This document shows, one piece after another, positions 1 through 11,200 of a stretch of DNA of 64,000 nt. Positions within the stretch are counted from its first letter, which is position 1. Every line of letters begins with the position of its first letter. Origin of the DNA: Takakia lepidozioides (Eukaryota; Plantae; Bryophyta). Made by a program: the position numbers and the translations under genes. The notes beneath the pieces were generated by a model. The model saw only the letters and a list, made by a program, of their open reading frames with translations. It was not told the origin of the DNA and searched no databases. The stretch spans positions 44,082,001 to 44,146,000 of the forward strand of contig CM060732.1 in NCBI GenBank assembly GCA_030704615.1, given 5' to 3'.

Positions 1-1850
1 TTTCTATGCTGACTTGCGTTTGCTTCCAACAGACATTCACCTTTTTGCCTCGATTGTTCCACCATTGATTGGGGTCGTTCATTCCAGAGCTTCTCCTCAT
101 CTCCGTTATATGTTTTTCGATACTTTACTGTTGCCACATTGCCAGTAACATGTCAAAATCACTCCAAAACCACCATAGAGACGAGCTAACTTGCATAATT
201 CAGTATGAAAATTTAGGGACGACTTTGATAATAGGGAAAAACAAGGTGAAATGTGTTGAAGAAGGTGCCTTCATTATACTCAATTGTGCTGTTGCCGCTG
301 CTGTTTCCAGCTGACCATCTACCCACACAGATTTCTTGTAGCTATTGATCCACAGGGAATCAGAAGTAATCTTGTGTTTGAAATCCAACCCCCTTGGATG
401 AATCTGGACCTCTATCCCTGGTCCTTCAGCCAGCTAACTGGCAGATTTCAACATGGAAATTTAGAGCCAATTCAGATAAGAGGGAAAAACAGGGTGAAAT
501 GTTTTGAAGAAGGTGCCTTCATTAGCAGTACCTGATTTTATCCATTGTGCCGCTGCTGCTGCGGCTTCCAGTTGACCATATGCCTTCCATAGGGAATCAT
601 AGGTAATCTGGAGCTTGAAATCCGGCCCTCTTGGATGAATCTGGGCCTACATTCTATCCTTGCTAGCAGCTGACATTGATGGCATGAAGTTCTTCCAGCA
701 AACACCCCAACCCTACCTATAGTAACATGTCAAAATCACTCCAAAACCACCATAGATCCACCAGTGAGCTTCTCCTCATCTATGTTATCTGTTTTTTGAT
801 ACTTTCTTGCTGCCACATCGGCAGTAACTTGTCAAAGTCACCCCTAACCATCACATATCCACCCAACGAGCTAACTGACAGAAATCAATATGCATCTCAA
901 GGCCGAATCTGATGAGAGGGTAAAACAGACAGAAATAGGTTGAAAAAGAAGGTGCCCTCACCACATTGTCCTTGACCTTATGTCATGACCCATGGAGGAT
1001 TTCACCGAACATCAACCCTAAAGGACCTTGTGTGTGTGTGCAGCTTGTGTCTGAAGCCTTCAGAATGACATCTGGTAATGTGCAGGCATTCACCTTTTTG
1101 CCTCGTTTGTCCCACCATTGGCTGGGGTCAGAAAAGTATTCATCCCACAACTTCTCCTCATCTTTGTTTACCTATTTTTGGATACTTTCCTGTGTCACAT
1201 TGACAGTATCATGTCAAAGTCACTCCAAACTACCAAAGGCTCACTCAATCAGCTAACTTGCAGAATTCAACATGGAAATGTAGGGCAGATTCTGATAAGC
1301 GGGAACAGGGTGAAATGTGTTGAAGAAGGTGCTTCTCCTACCCTATGTTATCTGTTTTTGGATACTTTCCTGCTGCCACATCAGCAGTAACTTGTCAAAG
1401 TCACTCCTAACCACCACGGATCCATCCAACGAGCTAACTTACAGAGTTCAATACGCATCTCAAGGCCGAGTCTGATGAGAGGGTAAAACAGGCAGAAATA
1501 GGTTGAAGAAGAAGAACCACATTGTCCTTGACCTTGTGTCATGACCCATGGAGGATTTCACCGAACATCAACCCTAAAGAACCTCTTGTGTATGCAGCTT
1601 GTGTCTGCAACCTTCAGAATGACATCTGGTAATCTGCAGGCATTCACATTTTTGCCTCGTTTGTCCCACCATTGGCTGGGGTCAGAAAAGTATTCATCCC
1701 ACAGCTTCTCCTCATCTTTGTTTACCTGTTTTTGGATACTTTCCTGTGTCACATTGGCAGTATCATGTCAATAAGATGGGAAAACAGGGTGAAATGTGTT
1801 GAAGAAGGTGCTTCTCCTACCCTATGTGATCTGTTTTTGGATACTTTCCT
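1..1850 (-). pseudogene. Tandem, rearranged fragments of an OSB-family (organellar ssDNA-binding) gene: repeated PDF-motif exons with intron-like spacers
   Basis: Minus strand repeatedly encodes DEEKLWDEYFSDPSQWWDKRGK and HPRG[P/L]DFKHKIT.DSLWINSYKK..WVDGQL, the two halves of the PDF motif of OSB proteins. Segment ~830-1370 is duplicated at ~1390-1850. Stops and frameshifts throughout. Confidence 0.7.
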
Positions 1851-3270
1851 GGTTCAATTGGCATTTTGTTGATGAACTCTTCTACCTCATCTCATCGGCC
1901 TACACGGCCAAGAAGGTCCACAATGCAGCAAAAATGCTCCACTGTAGGAGTGAGGCCATGATCTCTACTCATGGAACCAAACAAGTGGTGGCCTTCATCC
2001 ACCAGGCCTACATGCCTACAAGTAGAGAGAAGAGAAACGAAGGTGATACCATTTGGCTTCAAGCCTTCCTGCTGCATCTGTTCAAATAGTTGGAAGGCCT
2101 CTGTACTACACCCATGTCCGTGGTGGCTCATACATAATTCGAAATATGGCAGTCCCAGTGGACCTGATGTTATCCTGCAATTATGGCATTCCATGCTTGC
2201 TGAACCATATTTTCAAACACTTGACGTGCATCGTGAACACTCCCACATTTGGCATACATGTTAACAAGGGCATTGTCCAAGTTAAGATATGACACAACCC
2301 CAGCTTTGTTAATATCAGCATGGACCCGCGTGCCCTTTTCCAGGGCCCCTAGACTGGCACATGCATTGACAACAGAAACGAACGTGACCCTGTTCGGTGT
2401 CATCGCGTCCAGTTCCATTTGCTTGTACTTGAAAGCCTCTTCAGCATAGCCATGCTCAGCATATCATGTAATCATGGCATTCCATGAGACCACATCTCGT
2501 TCAGGCATTTTGTTGCATCTTTTCCGCTCCCACATTTGGCGTCAAGAAGGCTGTTCTCCACTTTAATATCCTGCAATCATTGCACTCCATGAGGGCTTCA
2601 CCACTTCCCCCATCATTTGTTCATAGGTCTCCAAAGCCTCCATCCCGTGCCCCTGCTCTGCATACCCTGCAAGCATAGCGTTCCACGACACCACATTTCT
2701 TTCAACCACAGTGTTGAAAACTCCCTTCGCATCCTCGATCCACCCACATTTGGCATATGTCCATCAGGGCAGTGTTCAGGATGAATCTGGTGCAATTCCA
2801 GCTTTGACGATGTCACCACGGACCTCTTTCCCATTTTCCAAGGCTCCCAGGTTTGCACACGCATTGCAACCTTGGTACAATTCCAGCTTTGATGATGTCA
2901 CCATGGACCTCTTTCCCCTTTTCCAGAGCTCCCCGGCTTGCACACGCATTGCAAAACACAAATGAACGTGATGTGGTTGGGCTTCACCCCTTGATGCATC
3001 ATTTGCTCAAAGGTCTCCAAAGCATTCCTACCATACCCGTGCTTGGTAAATCCTGCCAACATTATGTTCGACATGATCAAACATCGTTGAGGCATTATGT
3101 TGAACATTTGGTCAGCATCACCACATCTCATTCCGCCATATTGTCTAACACTCCCTTTGCATGCTCGACACTCCCACATTTGGCATACATGTCCACCAGG
3201 GTATTGTTTAGGATCACATCTGGTACGATTCCAGCTCTGACGATGTCGCCATGCACCTCTTTGCCCAGAA
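1851..3270 (-). pseudogene. PLS-class PPR gene fragment (P-L-S motifs through L2/S2), frameshifted
   Basis: Motifs PNRVTFVSVVNACASLGALEKG, NALVNMYAKCGS, WNAIIAG and GHHLFGSMSRDHGLTPTVEHFCCIVDLLGRVG, ending at NKMPIEP. Several frameshifts and internal motif duplications. Confidence 0.9.
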
Positions 3271-3319
3271 ATGCCAGAAGAGGTATTGTGGACTCCCTCT
3301 CTTGATCCTCTTCCAGAGG

Positions 3320-3806
3320 TTGTGGTCATGGTTGAAGTGCCTGATTTTATCAACTGTGCCGCTGTAGCTGTTGCCTTTAGTTGACCATCTACCCATGCAG
3401 GTTTCTTGTAGCTATTGATCCACAGGGAATCATATGTAATCTTGTGCTTGAAATCTGGCCCTCTTGGATGCACACTCTACCCCTGCTCCTTCAGCTATCC
3501 ATGCCTCTGCACAAATCATGCATTCATCCTTGCCTTGCTGCTAACAATAACAGCCTAGATTTGTTCTAGGAAACACCCAACTCAGCTTATCACACTAGTT
3601 CCTATGCTCATTGCGTCTGCTACTCACTGTAATCCAACATGCATCCACCTTTTTGCCTCGATTGTCCCACCATTGACTGGGGTCAGAAAAGTATTCTTTC
3701 CACAGCTTCTCCTCGTCTCTCTTACCTGTTTCTGGATACTTTGGCAGTATCATGTCAAAGTCACTCCAACTATCAAAGGTTCGCTCAACCAGCTAACTTG
3801 CAGAAT
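3320..3806 (-). pseudogene. OSB-type PDF-motif fragment (two exons plus intron)
   Basis: DEEKLWKEYFSDPSQWWDNRGKK followed by a GT donor at ~3648, then HPRGPDFKHKITYDSLWINSYKKPAWVDGQL at 3473-3380. Confidence 0.75.
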
Positions 3807-4129
3807 TCCCCGGGGGGTGCACCAAGGGTTAATGTACCTATCACATGCGTGAACAGAAGGGGGTTAATTAAATACCCCCACATACAGACTATGTATATTG
3901 AAAGGGTCTGAAAAAATCCTTATATATATATATATATATATATTTGAGCATAAGTTACATATTTGGGTGTATAGCATACTGGTAAGGTCTCTAATTACGT
4001 GTCGCGACATCGCGTGCTCAAGCACCTTCTGCGTCTTTTTTTGTGCGTCGTTTCTCTTTTCCGCCTCACTCGCTAAGCCCTATCTTCCGCTGGGCTGCGC
4101 GCTCTCACCTTGCTGTGCGCTTCTTCCTC

Positions 4130-4478
4130 ATGTTTACCAGGTTCTTGGGAGGTCTTAGCAGGCCGTGTGTCAATCAGCGTCTGCTTAGCTGCACCGTGGT
4201 GGAGGCATGTTGGTTCTCACAGAGCCATCCGATAGTACCTGACTATAGACACAAGCAGCACACACAAGAGGTCCTTTTGGATTGATGGTCGATCAAATCC
4301 TCCATGGGTCATGACACAAGGTCAAGGACAATGTGGTGAGTGCATCTTCTTCTTCAACCTATTTCTGCCTGTTTTACCCTCTCATCAGATTCGGCCTTGA
4401 GATGCGTATTGAAGTCTGTAAATTAGCTTGCTGGGTGGATCCGTGGTGGTTAGGAGTGACTTTGACAAGTTACTGCTG
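4130..4478 (+). pseudogene. Captured 5' piece of an OSB-like gene: putative organellar presequence, half PDF motif and intron
   Basis: ATG at 4130 gives MFTRFLGGLSRPCVNQRLLS...PDYRHKQHTQEVL, then after a frameshift WIDGRSNPPWV. 4290-4478 is an inverted copy of ~1383-1560. Confidence 0.55.
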
Positions 4479-5645
4479 CCAGATGCTCTGGTTTGGGGGA
4501 CCTTGCTTGCTGCTGCCAGAATTCATGGGGATGTGGAGGTAGCAGAATATGCAGCAAAATCTCTTCTCAAGTGCGATCCCAACCACCATGCAACTTATGT
4601 GCTGTTATCCAACATCTACGACGCATCTGGCAGGTGACAATATGACACAACATGATGTGGTTTCATGGAGGACCATGATTGCAGCATATGCTCCGTATGA
4701 GTATGGCACGGAGGCTGTTGAGATGTATGAACAAATGCAAAATAAAGGGCTAACGCCCAACAATGTTACATTCACTTGTGTTCTCAATGCATGGCCAGCC
4801 TAGGAGCCTTGGAGAAAGGCAAAGATGTCCATGCTGACATCATTAAATCTGGAATTGCATGCTACATAAGGAGACTACGCTTGTGGACACGTATGCAAAA
4901 TGTGGGAGCATAAATGATGCGCGTCCAGCTTTTGACAATTGGCTAAACGAGAGATAGTATCATGGAACACCATGATCGCAGGGTGTGCTCAACATGGATG
5001 TGGCAAGGAGGCTTTCGAGATATACGAGAGATTGCAGCAAGACAGGATGGAGGCTTTGGAGACCTATGAGCAAATGATGGGGGAAGTGGTGAAGCCCGAC
5101 CACATCACGTTTGTGTGCGTTTGCAGTGCATATGCAAGCCTGGCAGCCCTGGAAAAGGGCATGGGTGCATCGCCAAAGCTGGAATTGTACCAGATGTGGT
5201 TCTGAACAATACCCTCGTGGACATGTATGCCAGATGTGGAATGCGATGATCGCAGGATATGCCCAGCAACAGGGTGCACACCTTCGTTGTAGATGACAAG
5301 TTGCATTCCAGAATTAAGGAATCCATGCTAAGCTGAGAAGATTGTATGGGAAGATGAGGAGGCGGGGTATGTGCCTGACAGGTGCTTTGTATTGCATGAT
5401 GTGGGGAGAAGGAAAATGAATTTTCTCTTTGCCACCACAGTGAGAAGCTGGCCATTGGTTTTGGGCTGATCAGCATTACCCCTAGGACGCCTCTCCGTCT
5501 CATCAAGAATCTTGGAGTGTGTGGTGACTGCCACACCTCCACCAAATTCATCTCAAAGATTGTTGGCCGAGCAATTGTTGTACGGGACGCTAACCGCTTT
5601 CACCACTTTGAAGATGAGATTTGTTCTTGTGGTGATTATTGGTGA
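4479..5645 (+). pseudogene. PPR-DYW RNA editing factor fragments (E motif, PLS motifs, DYW deaminase domain)
   Basis: PDALVWGTLLAAARIHGDVEVAEYAA...YVLLSNIY (E), then PPR motifs, then [11 protein letters not shown]...[10 protein letters not shown]...[20 protein letters not shown] with the stop at 5643-5645. Frameshifts are present, the PG box is missing and the module order is scrambled. Confidence 0.92.
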
Positions 5646-6600
5646 AAGGATGTCTTCTTGCCAACATGCGAGTGTCTTGCTTCATTCATTGATCTATGAG
5701 CTACTCACACCATCCACCATTTCCCGAAAGTATTGACCATGATGTACTGTTGAGTGCATTTCCTGTGCCATAAATCCACAGGAAATGATAGTGGGTCTAT
5801 CCGACACAGGTGGGAAGTCAGCCCATAATTGCACTTGACTGAAGGGGTGATTTTTTACTGATTGTGGTGACGGTGGATGGAAATCAGAGTGTTGTCCTAA
5901 TTTTTGGTTTGGGTGGTGGAGCTTCTCCAAAGCTTCAAGATGGAAGTGAATACGAATTTTAATGAGCTTGATGAGAGGGGCAGCCCTGTGCACAAGTTTG
6001 TTTAGCATCTTAAATTTGGATGTGTTTGTTTCTCGTGGTGTGGCTTTGGATGGAGCCCTCGATGAACTTGCATGAATATTGTCAAAAGCTAGCCTTAACG
6101 CACCAAACATGGTGGATGCTTGAAAGTTCATACAGTGAATGTAAGGGTATTTGAGTATGTTGTTATTGATTGATGCGGCTTGTGTTAATTGAACATTGAA
6201 ATGCAGATCCGCCATTTTTCTTCCAGAAAAAAACAAAAGAGGGGATCTCTTCATGTACCACCGAGGGGATGACCCAGCCTTTTTTTTGTGAAAAATTGAA
6301 CATAGTTCTCAGAATTCGTCGCTAGTAGTGCGGAGCAACGCGAAGCCCTAGTGTATATATATACTTGGACTGCTTTTGTGATACGTAGATGTATTGTAGA
6401 TTTGTTGGTTAGTGTGCAGTGTCTTAGAAATGTTATAATGTGGAGGTCCTAGGTTCAAATATGCATTGCCTAATATATGTAGAACAATGCATGAACTGCC
6501 ATTGGACAAAATCGGAGTCAATGGTCAACTAGTTTTTGAAATTCAAAATTTAAATTTAAATTCAAATTCCAAAATTTCCCACCTAAATTCAAATGAACCC

Positions 6601-6804
6601 CTCTACTGTGACGTTTGGGGGTCGCATTTACGACCCCCGGACGTCCCTAATAGCGACGTCGCTGCACTTCCCGACGTCGCAAAATGCCCTTGGCGCGCCC
6701 CGAGCCCCGTAGAGTATTTCCCGTCGCTAATCGCGGCGGTTGGGGTCGTTGGTGGCATCGCTAACCCCCCCCCCCCCCCCCCCCCCCCACAAACGTTATT
6801 AGTG
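6601..6804 (-). mobile_element. CACTA (EnSpm) right terminus with GCGACG-type subterminal repeats and a poly(C) run
   Basis: Ends ...AAACGTTATTAGTG (reverse complement CACTAATAACGTTT) and resembles the CACTA terminus at 62061. C24 run at 6765-6788. Confidence 0.65.
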
Positions 6805-8222
6805 TTTATAGGGGGCACCAACATTGATGTAATCCTTACAGCTGGACCCTGTACAATGAAACTTGGCCTTTGGCAATAACATCCACCGATTCTTCTTCTA
6901 ACACACCAAAAGGTTATAGGGCTCTGTTTGATTCCAAAACCACTTGACGCAAAATGGAATGACAAATGGGGGCACGAGGGCTTTAGAGATGAAAACTGGA
7001 AAGATATCTGGTCATTGGTCACTCATTGGTATGGGAAAATCAGTGCATTTCTCTGGCAGCTAGTTGCCAATAGAGTTCTAAAGGTTGGCCAATTCTGAAC
7101 TTCAGGGAAGCCTTCTTGTGTCAATGTTGCTCGATTAGCACAATTGAATCCTTGGAACACTGTTTCCTTCATTGTTTGGCCCCTCGAGCGAACTAGCTCA
7201 AAGTTTCTACAGCACCTGGGATGCTATGTCATTCTCCTCTGTGGCTATTCTCCTCAACTATAACCAGAGGAGTAAAACAAAAGCCTCTGACTGCCTTTGA
7301 GACTCTTAGGAGTTTCATTCTGTGGAACATATGGAAGAGCCGAAGTGCTTGGGCCATCAACAACGAGAATACGCCCTGCCTTTGAGACTCTAGGAGCTCT
7401 GGGCCATCATACAACGAGAATCTCATTTGGTTTTTTCCGATCTTACTATTACCGCTAAGAAGGCTTGGGCATTTTTGTGTGCAGAGGTCGCCAGGAAGCC
7501 AAAGCGCCGACCTACCCTCCTCTCTGCCTTCTAAGCCACATGGGGGAAGCATGGGGTAGCTGCTTTTATGATCTCACATGTGTTTGGGCGGACAAAATCC
7601 CCTCTTGTTGGCAGGGACACAGGGCCAACCTCTTCAGGGTCCCCTGAGTTTGATCGCTCATATATCAACTAGAGGCACATCAGGCCTCACTTGGCAACTA
7701 GGCTGCACTTCCACATATAGTCTTCCTCTTCTTCTTTCTGTGCTTTAATTCTTGCAATCATGCTACCTCTCCCATGCTTCCTTGCTCTGACTCTGCTCTC
7801 CCATTCACAAGTCGCTTCTGTAGGATCTCAGTTCCTCTGTTTTGTCCGCTTGGTTCTCCTGCCCCATTGGGGGTTCATCCTGGGATGCTAGGCCATTGAG
7901 ATCTTTCGCCTCTCAAGGGTTTTTTCGTCGTCCAGGCCTGCCTCAACAGAACAATTATTGCTCTCTCTCGTGGTGCTACTCTCTGTAGCACCCCTGTCCA
8001 GCAGCGCAAGTATTGCTAAAGTCTTCGGGCCTCTTGATGTTCAAATGGTCGTGGCACCATTGTTACTGTTCCAGAGTTAATCAGCATGGTCTACCATGAG
8101 ACAAGCCTTATGGCCGCCTACGGGCACTCAAGGGTTTTAATTTTTTCCCTTATTAATGCGAATAAAGTTTCAAGGGCTTCTTCCCCTTTTCTCAAAAAAA
8201 AAAAAAAAAAAAAAAAAAAAAA
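6805..8222 (+). mobile_element. 5'-truncated, decayed L1-type LINE (zf-RVT region, 3' UTR, poly(A))
   Basis: Remnants FLWQLVANRVL, ESLEHCFLHC and LWNIWKSR; AATAAA at 8161; A-tract 8194-8222. Confidence 0.65.
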
Positions 8223-11200
8223 CGATGTAAGTTTCAATGTGGTGAACTTTGGTGGGACTTTGGTGTGGCAATGGTGTTGACGCGCTTTGCATGAATCTGT
8301 GCCAGTACATGCTTTGTCATGACAGTGACAAAAAAATAATTGAAATTCAGTATCCCCCACACCATAGATCCAAAAATCATGAAACCACCTTGATGTGCCC
8401 CCACTCATTGACAGCTTTCAAGAACACCGGCGCAAGCATTGCGTTTTGGGAAAATCTCAACATAACAAACAAAACAAAACGAAACAAACAAACTACCTTG
8501 CTCAAAATGTTGATATTACTAAATGATCTCTTCATTTATCACATTCATTAGATATGAAAGGTTGTTGTTGAATGTTGATGGATAAAATAATAATATTGAT
8601 CTACTACTTCGTACTCACTATATATGTACACTATAATTTACTTTTCCTCCCGAAGGAATCCCTTTTTTTCATTGCAATGGATCAAGTGTTTGTTGGAACC
8701 AATGTTCAATGAGTGCCAAGAAATAATTAGCTATAATAGTAATTACAGGTGTGAGATTGTCTTTAAGAAGAATATATTGGAGAAGATTAAATTCTTAGCT
8801 TTTAACCTCACCAGAGAAAGTCAACAAATCACAGTCTTTCATTCAAACCTCTTGAGCAAAATAACTTTCCACTTATATAAAACAACTAATGGCATCGAGC
8901 TGATAATTTTCTAGTTACATCCACATTGGATTCAAGCTAGGTTAGCCCCAGCTATGTTAGCTGTTAAACATAGTTGCTGGCTCCATTCCTCTCACCTATA
9001 TTGCGGACAGGCACATAGCCAATAAACTAGGTGAAGGTTAAAGCCATGCTCTATTTGGCCCTACTCTTGGGGCGGAGTTAGTTTCTAGTCTCTACGACTC
9101 TGTACTCCATTTAGGTTAATGGAGGAGATACAATGTGTTCATTGTAAATACAGTCTACTGTCTACTCTCTATATATATGTGTTACTTCTCTGGAAAATGT
9201 AACACATATAGATATACAAAAAATTCATAACAGATATCAAATAAGAATCTTCCAAAAATCACACTTCAAAAAGGAACACTTGGAGAGAGCTTGAGAACCA
9301 GAATTTAACACAAGTTTAAAGAGTTTTAATGATCCCCATGTTATATAAAATTACAGAGCTGAAGGTTTAATTGATATGTGTCAGGACCTCAGACCAAGTT
9401 GGTCTTATTATTGCACAACTATACATATATGCATTTGAACACTTATTAAGGGTGAGAAAACACACTCTGTAAACAAGCCTCAAACCGCAATAGGCTCTTT
9501 TGCTTTGGCAAAACATAAGAGGAAGATAAGACTAGGGAGCATGACTCAGCACAACACACCAATCGGAGCCTTGACACAGTGTAAGGTCCTTTTGACCAAA
9601 TTTTCTCCATTGACTTCAATATGATGCAAAGTCTCTCTCTACAAGAGAGCCAACAAACTTTAAGCAAATAAACTTCATGTAAAATCTTCAGGAGTAAGAA
9701 AAAAAGATAACAGATGAAAGAGGGTTTAACACATATGGTGGAGAGAACATTTATGGAGGGGAGAGTGTAGAAGGTGCTATTTCAGATTGTCACGAGGTCC
9801 ATATCAACGGGACGTCTAATTTTGTAGAGACACGGGAAGCATGTCAGAAATGTCAGAAATATCTCCCTTACTCTCAACGGAACGGGCACCGTTGGGGGTG
9901 TCTGTCTGGTGGGCAACACATGAAAGGAGAGGCAAACAAACATACGGTACACACGTACTACCTCTATACCTTGGCAAATGTACTGTGTGCAGTACTATTC
10001 CATTTTCCAACAGGCTGAGCTAGAATCGTTCTCATTCTATCTACCACACAAACCCACTTTTGGCAGGCCCCATCTCATCAATTAATACCTCGTGATCTTT
10101 CGTGACCAAGATGGTGATGGGACCCAAGATCCGTATGGACCTTGGAACTCGTTATGACAGGAACAGTACTTTGGACCAGTTGAAGGATTCGATCAAACTT
10201 GTATAGTCGAGGAGAGGAGTGTCAGGTTTCACTGGATTTGCAAGGCTGCACAAGATGTTGAGGGCAGAGGTGATCAGCAGGCCCATATGGAGGGCGTCCT
10301 GCAACACAATCTAGACACCCACCCGCGGATACGGGCTGCACGCGTGCTCCAACTCATTGCCCAGAGTAGGTGTCAGGCCCAACAGTGTTCATGCTTCCGT
10401 TTCGTATTAAGTACTATGCCTAGGCCTTTCTATGCAGTTTGGGACAGTAGGAAGCACAGTTGTTTCAACACTGTTGGGCTGGTGAAGGCAGGCTGGAAAG
10501 TGTGAAAATGAATGCTGTCATTAAAAACGAGAGCAGACACAGGTGTGCACGTGGGGCCATGTGAGGCTGGCCCCACCCTACTGTTGCGTACCAGCTCTGC
10601 GGCCGGCCGCCCCCACCTCTCTCTTCTTTTTTTCTCCTATCAGTTTGCTAGACTGTTCCCGTAGCTTTGCTTGCAGCTGCAGATTAGATTAGGGCAGTGT
10701 CGAAGGTTACTCCCTCGCGAACGGGCCATTGTCTTGTAAGCATCTACTGCCCCTTTTAGAAATAATAGAGTATCTAGCTACCCTGTCAAACATTAGTTGC
10801 TGCCTTAGAGCAACCCCTGCAGTCTTTGAGAAATACCTGACTCAGTAACTAATTAACCCTGACACACATACATTAGATGCTGGATCTTCTAATAAGAAGA
10901 GCTGACCGTGACATCCTAATGGCCGAAGGCATGCGGAAGTTAGTGGAGGCATGCGGAAGTTAGTCAGACGCATTCATTCAAATCTCCTTTGCAGCTTTGA
11001 GCACTAACTTGGCTTTCGGTTAGTTCTCGACAAGATCATCCTTGAGGATTCAATACACGGTCACATCGGGTTCCTTCTATAGGACAGACAAATACATCTC
11101 TGGGATGTGTCCACAGTCTTAGAGCGATTTGCTTTAGCAACATCGGTTACGGAAATCCTAAACAGGGTCGACATTTCTGTTGTACAGTTAGTAGACCCGT

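Larger units (their letters stand above)
3917..6351 (+). mobile_element. Probable non-autonomous Helitron carrying captured gene fragments
   Basis: 5' A^TCCTTATATATATA at 3917 and 3' GCGGAGCAACGCGAAGCC-CTAG^T at 6351, i.e. TC...CTAG inserted between A and T. The subterminal hairpin is weak. The interior holds same-strand gene fragments in non-native order. Confidence 0.6.

Noticed and set aside
6466-7022. Proline- or glycine-rich ORFs
   Set aside because: Produced by the C24 run and GC-rich transposon terminus.
10924-10964. 20-bp tandem duplication (AGGCATGCGGAAGTTAGT twice); similar short repeat at 20243-20331
   Set aside because: Ordinary slippage-type duplications with no further structure.
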